DNA from: an uncultured Candidatus Saccharibacteria bacterium
GTDB taxonomy: Bacteria > Patescibacteriota > Minisyncoccia > UBA6257 > GWB1-50-10
NCBI GenBank assembly: GCA_964451115.1
Contig: CAYVGF010000005.1
Coordinates: forward strand, 1 to 26,158
Length of the DNA: 26,158 bases
Reading direction: 5' to 3'
Shown piece by piece: positions 15,219 through 23,451 of this stretch. A program made the position numbers and the translations under genes. The first letter of the stretch is position 1, and each line of letters begins with the position of its first letter. Below the pieces are notes generated by a model. The model was given only the letters and a program-made list of their open reading frames with translations. It did not search any database and was not told the DNA's origin.

Positions 15219-17836
15219 TAGTTTTTGGTCTTAAACTTAACCAATTCCATAATTCCAACCAGCGACAGGCTGAAAAGAAGAACAATTAAGCCGTCTTGGT
15301 AACCTAAAGCGGCGGTCCGGAAGATTTTCTGAAAAGGCTGCCAAAAGACTATCAGCAAAGTTGCCGCCACACTTAAAAATGAAGCTAAATTAAGGTACGT
15401 ATTGTCCCAAAACTTATAACGCCAGATATTCCGGTTTAAGTTGCGGCAGGAAAAAGAAAACAAAACAAAACCGATGCTCAACGCCGCAAAGACAAGGGTG
15501 CGGACATGATTTAAGTCGTAGCCGGCGTAAAAATAAGCCCAAGCGAAAACTCCCAGTAAAAAGGAGTTGCCCCAAACGCTGATTATTATGATAAAGCGCT
15601 TCATTTTGCTGGTGATTAAAGGTCCATTTTTCGGCTCCGGCTTCCTTTCCATTATGCCCGCTTCTTTAGACTCAAAAGTAAAAGCCAAGCCGGGCAAACC
15701 GTCCGCAACCAAATTAACAATTAAAATTAAGGCGGCAGTAATCGGCAGCGGCATTCCCGTCAGCAGGCTAAGGCTGACTAAAAACACTTCGGTAAAGGCG
15801 CTGGCCATTAAAAAAGTAATCACTTTCCGGATATTGTCCACAATCACCCTGCCTTCTTCAATTGCTGCCGGAATGACGGCAAAATTGTCCGATAAAAGGA
15901 CTAAATCGGCCACTTCCTTTGCCACATCAGTTCCCGAACCCAGCGCAATGCCGATGTCGGCTTTCCGCAGCGCGGGGGCGTCATTAACGCCGTCGCCGGT
16001 CATTGCCACCGTTTCTCCCCTGTTCTGCCACGATTTGACAATCCTCATTTTGTGCGCCGGCTCCACCCGGGCGTAAACACTGATCTGGTCCAGCCGGCTC
16101 TCTAATTCTTTGTCGGACATTTTATCCAACTCCGTTCCAGTGACAACGCTTGCCGTCCGGGCGTCTTCAACCAACCCAATCTCCTTAGCAACGTAAACAG
16201 CGGTCTGAGGGTGGTCGCCAGTCACTAAAATTGTCCGCACGCCCGCTTTTTTCGTAAGCTTGATTGCCGGGCGCGCCGCCGGGCGAATTGGATCCTCTAA
16301 AATAATTAAACCCGCAAAACTAAGCCGTTCAGGTTTGATGCCGTCTAATTCTTTAATTTCGGCGCCAAATTCTTGTTTGGCAACGCCAATTATCCTGAAG
16401 CCGTACTGGGCAAAACGGCTAATTTCGCTCTGAATCTTGGTTAACTCGCTCTTCGGCGCGGCAGCAAAACGCAAAAGGCGTTCCGGCGCGCCGGCGTAAA
16501 ATCCGACCACCCGGCCGTCTGCTTTATGGTAAGCGCTGATAAACTTTGCTTTCTGGTCAAAGGGAATTTTTTCAAGCAAGGGCATTTTCCGGCGGAGATT
16601 CCGAGGATCAATGCCTTGCTCTAAAGCGTGCTTTAAAATTGCCTTGTCGGTAGGCGAACCTTTGACAATCCAGTTTTTAAGGGGCGAATCGGGATTTTCA
16701 ACAAACGCTTCGTTGGCTAAAACGGAAATCTCCAAAACTTCCTTAGCTTTAAAGTTTTGGAAAGGGACAACTTCCTTAACCCTCATCAGGCCTTGAGTTA
16801 AAGTTAAGGTTTTGTCGGTAGCAATAACCGAAACGCTGCCTAAAGTTTCGGCTGCCGTTAATTTTTTGACCAACCCCTGCCGCTTCAGTATCCTCTGCAT
16901 GCCCAGAGCCAAAATGGCGGTGCTCACCACCGGCAAGCCTTCCGGAATGGCCGCTACCGCCGCCGCTACCACCACATCAAAAACTTCAATAAAGCTCTTG
17001 CCGTTGGCCATGCTCCCTATCAGCAAGCCGGCGGAAAGCAAGCCAATAATTGCCGACAAAGCCAAGGAAAATTTCTTTAACTTAATCTGATAAGGCGTCT
17101 GTTCTGATTCAATGCTCTTGATTAAAGAAGCGATTTTGCCCAGTTCGGTGTGGATGCCGGTGGCAGTCACCACCGCTTTGCCTTCTCCAGCCTCCACAAT
17201 CGTACCTAAAAAAACCTGGTTAGTCCTTTCAGCTAAAGGCGCGCCGCGTTTAATGCGTTCCACATTTTTAGGAACCGCCAGCCATTCACCGGTTAGCGCC
17301 GCTTCGTTGACTTTTAGCTGCCAACTTTCAATCAGCCGGGAATCAGCCGGCACTTTATCGCCGTTTTTTAACAAAATAATGTCCCCCGGCACTAAATCCC
17401 GGCTGAGCACTTCCTTGATTTTACCCTCCCTGACAACTCTGGCAGTCATCACTGCGGCCCGTTTTAGCGCCTGCAAGGATTTGACTGCTTTAAATTCCTG
17501 AATAAAGCCAAAAAAAGCGTTTAGGACCACTGCCGCTAAAATTACATAACCGTCAGTTTCGTCGCCAATTGCCAAGGTAACTAGGCCTGCCGCCAGCAAA
17601 ATTAAAATCAGCGGCGTGGTTATCTGGGCAAAAGCTATCCGCCACCACCTTAACCGAAATTCGTCGGGCAAAACATTAAACCCGAAATCTTCCCGGCGCC
17701 TTTTGATTTCAGAAAAATCCAGTCCCCGCTTGGAGTCTGTTTTCAATTTAGCCAGCGTTTCGCGGACACTTAAGTCATAAAACGACTTGGGCAGCAATTT
17801 AGGGTAAAGAATTTTCCTGTTTAAATTATCAGCCAT
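15218..17836 (-). CDS. P2-type cation-translocating P-type ATPase with variant motifs
   Basis: VPGDIILL..GDKVPAD, PEGLP, D-KTLTLT phosphorylation site, TGDHPQTA, TGDGVNDAPAL and about 10 TM segments. Confidence 0.93.
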   Translation of the reverse strand: MADNLNRKILYPKLLPKSFYDLSVRETLAKLKTDSKRGLDFSEIKRRREDFGFNVLPDEFRLRWWRIAFAQITTPLILILLAAGLVTLAIGDETDGYVILAAVVLNAFFGFIQEFKAVKSLQALKRAAVMTARVVREGKIKEVLSRDLVPGDIILLKNGDKVPADSRLIESWQLKVNEAALTGEWLAVPKNVERIKRGAPLAERTNQVFLGTIVEAGEGKAVVTATGIHTELGKIASLIKSIESEQTPYQIKLKKFSLALSAIIGLLSAGLLIGSMANGKSFIEVFDVVVAAAVAAIPEGLPVVSTAILALGMQRILKRQGLVKKLTAAETLGSVSVIATDKTLTLTQGLMRVKEVVPFQNFKAKEVLEISVLANEAFVENPDSPLKNWIVKGSPTDKAILKHALEQGIDPRNLRRKMPLLEKIPFDQKAKFISAYHKADGRVVGFYAGAPERLLRFAAAPKSELTKIQSEISRFAQYGFRIIGVAKQEFGAEIKELDGIKPERLSFAGLIILEDPIRPAARPAIKLTKKAGVRTILVTGDHPQTAVYVAKEIGLVEDARTASVVTGTELDKMSDKELESRLDQISVYARVEPAHKMRIVKSWQNRGETVAMTGDGVNDAPALRKADIGIALGSGTDVAKEVADLVLLSDNFAVIPAAIEEGRVIVDNIRKVITFLMASAFTEVFLVSLSLLTGMPLPITAALILIVNLVADGLPGLAFTFESKEAGIMERKPEPKNGPLITSKMKRFIIIISVWGNSFLLGVFAWAYFYAGYDLNHVRTLVFAALSIGFVLFSFSCRNLNRNIWRYKFWDNTYLNLASFLSVAATLLIVFWQPFQKIFRTAALGYQDGLIVLLFSLSLVGIMELVKFKTKN

Positions 17837-19487
17837 TTTGACGCTTTAAATGGTTGAGAGCGTAATCTAAATCGGCATTAACTTTCTTCCCGGGGTTAAA
17901 AATATTGGCCGCATCAAAAATTTTCTTAACTTCTTCAAATAAGCCAAAAATACGCTCGCCGTACATCTGCTTTAAAAACGGGCTGCGGATTAAGCCGTCA
18001 TTATGTTCGGCGGTAATGGAGCCCTTTAAGCCGATAACCAAAGAATAAACCTGGCGGGAAACATTTAAAACAATGTCGCGCAAACGAGGCTCTTGGGGAC
18101 TGATAAGAGTATAAATATGCATGTTGCCGTCGCCCGAGTGGCCGCCGACAGCAAAAGTCATTTTGTCGCCGTAGGCGTTTAAGATTTTGTAAAGAGCGGG
18201 GAAAAGTTCGGTTAATTTCTCCGGCCGCACAATAATATCGTCAACGAACGGCTCTGATTTTTTCTTTTTTAGGTGGTAACGGATTAAATTAAAAGCTTCT
18301 CGCCTGATTTTCCAGTACTTTCGGGCTTCAAATTTTGATTTGGTCAAATGGGTTTTAACCGCCGGCAAATTTTTCAAATCCGAGGCGGCGGCTTTGGCGG
18401 CGTTAACCACTTCCGCTTCCGACTTGCCGGAGAACTCCGCCAGTAAAATCAGTTTAGGCAAACCGCCGCTTAAAACCAGCTTTGCTTCCGGCCGGAAATT
18501 CCAAATCAGCCGAAATAAATTCTTCCACCCCATTAGCTTGGCGAAGCTGAAAAAATAACGGAAAACCAAAGCCAAAGTTTTGTCGTCGTATGACTCCAAA
18601 GTTTCCGGGTTATGCATCAGCAATTTTTCCACGGCCGAAGGCAGAACGTCCATGGTCTTCAAAAAAACAACCAACAGCCGGGAATGGGGTTCGGGCCTGA
18701 TTAGCCTGAACTTAATCTCGGTTATAAGACCCAGAGTCCCCTGGGAACCGACAAAAAGCTTGGTTAAGTCAAAAACTTTTTTGTCTTTATCCCAAACATT
18801 CCACAAGAAGTAGCCGGCGGAGTTTTTAGTAACGTTTGGCTTGGCAGCCTGAAGTTCGCTGTAATTAGCTTTAATTAAATCAAACAGCTGGCGGTAGACG
18901 CGGCCTTCAAAATTGTCGGCGCTTAATTTAGAGTTCAGCTCCTCCTCCGTCAAAGGCCTGATTTCATATTCATTGCCGTCCGCTAAAACCACTTTGAGGG
19001 CCAAAATAAAATTTTCAGTCTTGCCGTACCGCAAGGATTTTTCCCCGCCGGAATTGTTAGCTACCATTCCGCCGACCGCGCAGATTTCCCGGGAAGCGGG
19101 AAAGCTGGGCATAAGCAAATTCTTTTTTAAGGTGGCTTTTTCAAAGTCGCGGTAATAAACGCCGGGTTCAACCACAGCGTAGCCATCCCCGACTTCCTTA
19201 ATCCGGTTAAAGTAACGGGTAAAGTCAACGACAATAGAGCTGGTTAAAGGGCCGCCGCTCATATCAGTGCCGGCTGATCGGGCCGTGAGAGATATCTTCT
19301 CGCCCTGGGCCTTCCGAGCGGCAACAAATTTTACCAGTTTCTTCACGTCTGCTGAATCTTTCGGGTACACCACCAAGCTCGGCTTGACTTGAAAAATGCT
19401 GGCATCGGTACTGCGGCTTAAAAGCGTTTCCTGATCGTCAACAACATCGCCGGTTAAGATTTTTGAAAGTTCAAATTTCAAATCCAT
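17829..19487 (-). CDS. FAD-linked oxidoreductase (VAO/PCMH superfamily, GlcD/D-lactate dehydrogenase-like), ~552 aa
   Basis: PSLVVYP, RSAGTDMSGG, GGMVANNSGG, GSQGTLG, GHSGDGNMH, AEHNDG and IFNPGK. Start moved to ATG 19487, 4 nt after the mscS stop. Confidence 0.88.
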   Translation of the reverse strand: MDLKFELSKILTGDVVDDQETLLSRSTDASIFQVKPSLVVYPKDSADVKKLVKFVAARKAQGEKISLTARSAGTDMSGGPLTSSIVVDFTRYFNRIKEVGDGYAVVEPGVYYRDFEKATLKKNLLMPSFPASREICAVGGMVANNSGGEKSLRYGKTENFILALKVVLADGNEYEIRPLTEEELNSKLSADNFEGRVYRQLFDLIKANYSELQAAKPNVTKNSAGYFLWNVWDKDKKVFDLTKLFVGSQGTLGLITEIKFRLIRPEPHSRLLVVFLKTMDVLPSAVEKLLMHNPETLESYDDKTLALVFRYFFSFAKLMGWKNLFRLIWNFRPEAKLVLSGGLPKLILLAEFSGKSEAEVVNAAKAAASDLKNLPAVKTHLTKSKFEARKYWKIRREAFNLIRYHLKKKKSEPFVDDIIVRPEKLTELFPALYKILNAYGDKMTFAVGGHSGDGNMHIYTLISPQEPRLRDIVLNVSRQVYSLVIGLKGSITAEHNDGLIRSPFLKQMYGERIFGLFEEVKKIFDAANIFNPGKKVNADLDYALNHLKRQNG

Positions 19488-19491
19488 AAAT

Positions 19492-20565
19492 CTAATTTTG
19501 GGAATTAACAAGGTAAACGGACTGGGTTGGGTAAGCCATCTCAATCCCCTCTTCTTTGAATTTCTTATTGATAGCAAAGTGAATTTCCTGATTGCGGTCC
19601 ATGTACACGCTGTAGTCGCCAGAAGAAACAAAATAAACCACCTCAAAATCTAAAGAAGAAGCGCCAAACTGGTAAAAATGGGCGCGGTCAAACTCCACAT
19701 CCTTAACGGAGGCAATAATTGACTTGATAATTTCCGGAATTTTCTTCAGTTTCTCGTCGGGCGTATTGTAGACAACGCCGAGATGGAGCACAACCCGCCT
19801 TTTGCCCATTCGCTTAAAATTCTTAATCTGAGTGGAAGTTAGCTGCTGATTGGAAACCACTATCTCTTCCCCGGAAATTGACCGCAGACGGGTGGTTTTT
19901 ATTCCAATCCGCTCAACTGTGCCCATTTTGTCGCCGAAAACAATAAAATCCCCCACCATAAAAGGCTTGTCAAAATAAATGACAAAAGAGCTGAAAAGAT
20001 CGCCCAGTATGTTCTGGGCCGCCAAGGCCACCGCCACGCCGCCGATGCCCAAACCGGCCAGCAAAGAGCCCACATTTACTCCCACATTAGAAAGCAGCAT
20101 AATTAAACCAATGCCCCACAAAGTGCCCCGCAAAATTCGGTTGAGCAGGTCAAGGATCGCTTTTGAGTTATCGTTAAGTTCCTTTCGGCTAATCTTGGCG
20201 ATCAGGTAATCAATTAAAACTTGGGTGATTAAGATGGCTTGGATAATTGCCCAAACTATCAGGCCCAGATCAATCAATTTCTGGATTAAGCCGGACAAAG
20301 CCAGCTGCCTTAACCCGAAATACAAGGCTAGAAAAAAATAAAAAGAAGGCTTAATGGTGGCAATAATCTGAACCAGAAAATCATCCACATCGGTTTTGGT
20401 CGCGGCCGCCGCTTTCCTAAGTTTGGTCAAAATAAAGCTCTGGGTTATCTTTAGGCCAAAACCCAGAACTAAGAAAACTGCCACGGCAATCGCTATCTGC
20501 TCAACGGTGTTGCCGAGAATTTTCACCTGCCAAAACGGAAGGCTTAGGAAATCATTAATATTCAT
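19492..20565 (-). CDS. mscS: Small-conductance mechanosensitive channel family protein
   Basis: LLAGLGIGGVAVALAAQ, DKPFMVGDFI, GTVERIGIKTTRLR and GIEMAYPT. Confidence 0.93.
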   Translation of the reverse strand: MNINDFLSLPFWQVKILGNTVEQIAIAVAVFLVLGFGLKITQSFILTKLRKAAAATKTDVDDFLVQIIATIKPSFYFFLALYFGLRQLALSGLIQKLIDLGLIVWAIIQAILITQVLIDYLIAKISRKELNDNSKAILDLLNRILRGTLWGIGLIMLLSNVGVNVGSLLAGLGIGGVAVALAAQNILGDLFSSFVIYFDKPFMVGDFIVFGDKMGTVERIGIKTTRLRSISGEEIVVSNQQLTSTQIKNFKRMGKRRVVLHLGVVYNTPDEKLKKIPEIIKSIIASVKDVEFDRAHFYQFGASSLDFEVVYFVSSGDYSVYMDRNQEIHFAINKKFKEEGIEMAYPTQSVYLVNSQN

Positions 20566-20574
20566 GGTGGTTTA

Positions 20575-20602
20575 ATTATAAAAAATAAGGCGCGGAAATC
20601 AA
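20575..20602 (-). promoter_or_regulatory. Sigma70 promoter for the mscS-oxidoreductase-ATPase operon
   Basis: TTGATT (20602-20597), 16-nt spacer, TATAAT (20580-20575), then 9 nt to ATG 20565. Confidence 0.6.
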
Positions 20603-20676
20603 TTATTGATCAGCGCCTGCCAGCCGGCGAACAATTGCTGGCAAGCAGCCAGATATAAACGGCAAGCGGCAAGCGA

Positions 20677-21477
20677 TTAACCGGCCAACAATCCTCCGTA
20701 CAAGCCGCTGAGTTCGCCCAAAGAAGCTTTTTTCAGCCGCGGCAACCGGCCGAAAATAGCCTGAGCTTTTTTTAGCCGGCGCTTGATTTGGTCTAAAGGA
20801 TAAACATTGTCTTCAATCAGGCCGCCGCCGAAAACAATAACCTCCGGTGACCAGAAAACAATAAGGTTATGAAGCCCTTGGGCCAGAACGGAGATTAACT
20901 CTTTCTTTTCCGCCGCGCTAAGCTGGGAGCCAATTTTCCGGTATCGCCTTAAAACCGCTGAACCGCTGACTAAGTCTTCCCAGTACTTAACTTGGGGCGG
21001 CAAGCCTAACAGCTGATGGCCCGGCTCAAAGCCGAAGCCATTGTCGGCAACTTTGCCTTTAACAATCCGCGTTCCGCCGACACCGGTGCCGATTGTAAGA
21101 TAAGCCGCAACCTCGTAACCTCTGCCCGCTCCCAAAACCGCTTCCCCTAAGCCTTCCAGCTCCGCGTCGTTGGCCAGTATCGCCTCGGCCGCAAAAATCC
21201 GGCTCAGCTCTCTTTTTAAAGGCTTATTAACCCAGCCGGGCAGATGGGGCGAATGGATTAATTTAGTCCGCTTGCGGTCAAAAGAGCCGGCAACGCCCGC
21301 GACTACCTTTTCAATTTTATCATCTTGAAACCGGCGCCGGATTGACCGGAATAATTCTTGAGCGGCGCTAAATTTGGGCGGCGTGGGTAAAATAAGCAAA
21401 GATTTTTTTAAGAGCCGCTTGCCCGAGCCGAGACAAACCCTGGTTTTAGTGCCGCCAATATCAAATAAAAGCTTCAT
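20677..21477 (-). CDS. ROK-family sugar kinase, ~266 aa
   Basis: LLFDIGGTKT, LANDAELEGLGE, YLTIGTGVGG and FEPGHQ. No N-terminal HTH. Start at ATG 21477. Confidence 0.9.
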   Translation of the reverse strand: MKLLFDIGGTKTRVCLGSGKRLLKKSLLILPTPPKFSAAQELFRSIRRRFQDDKIEKVVAGVAGSFDRKRTKLIHSPHLPGWVNKPLKRELSRIFAAEAILANDAELEGLGEAVLGAGRGYEVAAYLTIGTGVGGTRIVKGKVADNGFGFEPGHQLLGLPPQVKYWEDLVSGSAVLRRYRKIGSQLSAAEKKELISVLAQGLHNLIVFWSPEVIVFGGGLIEDNVYPLDQIKRRLKKAQAIFGRLPRLKKASLGELSGLYGGLLAG

Positions 21478-21483
21478 ATAATG

Positions 21484-21489
21484 ATTGTA
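21484..21489 (-). promoter_or_regulatory. -10 box (TACAAT) for the ROK gene, leaderless geometry
   Basis: TACAAT followed by 6 nt and ATG 21477, with a weak TTTTCA 17 nt upstream. Confidence 0.5.
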
Positions 21490-21563
21490 CCTTAATAAAT
21501 TGTGATTGAAAATTAACAATTATTGTTTAGATATTTGATAGTTAGTTATTGATTAGAAATTGC

Positions 21564-21583
21564 CCTGCCTACTAGCAAGTAGG
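21564..21583. repeat. Second CCTGCCT-type palindromic element
   Basis: CCTGCCT-actagc-AAGTAGG, similar to 15075-15094. Confidence 0.55.
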
Positions 21584-21606
21584 AGATTTGAAATTAAATC
21601 ATCAGT

Positions 21607-21688
21607 TATTCGAAATTTATTCGAAATTCAAAATTAGAAATTAGAAATTGCACCCTTTTTGATTCATAATTCCCAATTCCAGATTCGC
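21607..21688. repeat. Degenerate 7-nt periodic repeats in two opposed blocks
   Basis: cgaaatt/caaaatt/agaaatt/agaaatt (21622-21649) and gattcat/aattccc/aattcca/gattcgc (21661-21688), plus TATTCGAAATT x2 (21607-21628). Confidence 0.7.
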
Positions 21689-21736
21689 AACGCGCTTATT
21701 GCCAAATGGCCAGTGCGGGTCAATAATAAAATTGGA

Positions 21737-23440
21737 ATGTCTAACATAAACGACAAATGGGTATCAACCTACCCTAAAGAAAGCTTGGTTTATCAGGCTT
21801 ATCAATTTGCCAAAGAGGCCCACAAAAACGATCTGCGCAAAACAGGCGACCCTTATATTAGCCACTGCTTAGCGGTAGCCGAAACTATTAAATCATGGGG
21901 GTTGGATGAAGCTTCTATCGCCACGGCCCTGCTGCATGATGTGGTGGAAGACACTAAGTACAATCTTCAAACGATTGAAAAAAAATTCGGTTCGGAGGTT
22001 GCGTTTCTGGTTGACGGCCTGACTAAAATTGAAGGCTTAAGCTATTCCGGCAATAAAAACCAGGCGGAGAATATGAGAAAGCTGATTTTGGCAATCAGCG
22101 AAGACCTGCGAGTGGTTTTTATTAAACTGGCCGACCGCCTGCACAATATGCAGACTTTAAAAGCCATGCCGGCAGAAAAAAGGCTAAGAATCGCCCAGGA
22201 AACGTCAGATATCCACGCTCCCCTGGCTTACCGCTTGGGAATGCAGAAATTAAGCGGCGAACTTGAAGACCTGGCCTTTCCTTACCTTTACCCCAAAGAA
22301 TACGCTTGGCTGATTAAAACCGTCAAAGAAAAATACATTGACCGCCAAAAATACGTAGAAAGGGTAAGGCCGGTGATTGAGCAAAAACTGAAGGAAAACG
22401 GCATTGTTCCGCTAAGAATTGACGCCCGGGCGAAAAGATATTCCAGCCTATATAAAAAACTTCTTCGGTATGACATGGAACTGGAGAAAATTTACGATTT
22501 GGTCGCCATCAGAATTATTGTTGCTACCGTAGAAGACTGCTACGCGACCCTAGGCATCATTCATAAGTACTGGCCGCCGATGCCTAACCGCTTTAAAGAC
22601 TACATTGCTTTGCCTAAGCCCAACGGCTACCGCAGTTTGCACACAACGGTATTTTGCGTTGACAATAAGGTAACCGAAATTCAAATTCGGACAATGGAGA
22701 TGCACGAAGAAAATGAACTGGGCGCCGCCGCCCACTGGGCCTACCAACAGGCAAAATTGACCAAGGATTACCGGAAAGGAAGAGTGCCGACAGTTGAAAC
22801 TGAAGAAGTGCTTTGGGTCAAGCAGCTGCGAAACTGGCAAAGGCACTTTGCTGATTCGGAAGAATTCCTGAGATCGCTAAAAGTTGATTTCTTTAAGGAC
22901 CGAATCTTTGTTATCACCCCCGAACATGATGTTATTGACCTGCCGGTAGGCGCCACGCCGGTTGATTTCGCTTACCGAATCCACAGCGAAATCGGCAACC
23001 AATGCATCGGTGCCAAGGTAAACAATAAAATCGTGCCGCTTGATTACCAGCTCCGCTCCGGCGATATAGTGGAAATTATCACCCAAAGGGGGAAAAAGCC
23101 GTCGGAGTCTTGGCTGGAATTTGTAAAAACTTCCCTGGCCCGATCTAGGATTAAATCGGTTCTGCGGCAGAAAAACAAAAACATCCTAAAAGACTTTAAC
23201 GCGCCCATGGTGGAGTTCAAAGTAACCGCCAAAGACCGAACCGGCCTTTTAAAAGACATTGCCGGAGTCTTTGCGAAATTAAAGATAAATATCCATAACA
23301 TCTCAACTCAAAAAAGCGGAATTTTCCAAAGCCTGGTGATAAAATGTGAAAACCTAGACCAGGCAAAAGTGGAAAAAACAATGGTTAAGCTAAAAACCAT
23401 TCCCGAAGTGGAAGAGGTTGCTTACCGCTATTTGAGATAA
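21737..23440 (+). CDS. rel: RelA/SpoT homolog, bifunctional (p)ppGpp synthetase/hydrolase, ~567 aa
   Basis: PYISH, LHDVVED, KLADRLHN, RFKDYIALPKPNGYRSLHT, EIQIRT, TGS (TPVDFAY) and C-terminal ACT. Start placed at ATG 21737. Confidence 0.93.
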   Translation: MSNINDKWVSTYPKESLVYQAYQFAKEAHKNDLRKTGDPYISHCLAVAETIKSWGLDEASIATALLHDVVEDTKYNLQTIEKKFGSEVAFLVDGLTKIEGLSYSGNKNQAENMRKLILAISEDLRVVFIKLADRLHNMQTLKAMPAEKRLRIAQETSDIHAPLAYRLGMQKLSGELEDLAFPYLYPKEYAWLIKTVKEKYIDRQKYVERVRPVIEQKLKENGIVPLRIDARAKRYSSLYKKLLRYDMELEKIYDLVAIRIIVATVEDCYATLGIIHKYWPPMPNRFKDYIALPKPNGYRSLHTTVFCVDNKVTEIQIRTMEMHEENELGAAAHWAYQQAKLTKDYRKGRVPTVETEEVLWVKQLRNWQRHFADSEEFLRSLKVDFFKDRIFVITPEHDVIDLPVGATPVDFAYRIHSEIGNQCIGAKVNNKIVPLDYQLRSGDIVEIITQRGKKPSESWLEFVKTSLARSRIKSVLRQKNKNILKDFNAPMVEFKVTAKDRTGLLKDIAGVFAKLKINIHNISTQKSGIFQSLVIKCENLDQAKVEKTMVKLKTIPEVEEVAYRYLR

Positions 23441-23451
23441 AGGAAAATTCT

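Noticed and set aside
13699-17831. TGA recoding (genetic code 25)
   Set aside because: secD and the FAD oxidoreductase end at TGA at their expected C-termini, and no conserved gene is interrupted by TGA.
19488-19646. 53-aa extension of the FAD oxidoreductase overlapping mscS
   Set aside because: It is out-of-frame read-through of the mscS 3' end. ATG 19487 follows the mscS stop by 4 nt and begins the recognisable domain.
21478-21736. N-terminal extensions of ROK (to 21519) and Rel (from 21659)
   Set aside because: They translate promoter and heptamer-repeat DNA, and the conserved domains start at 21477 and 21737.
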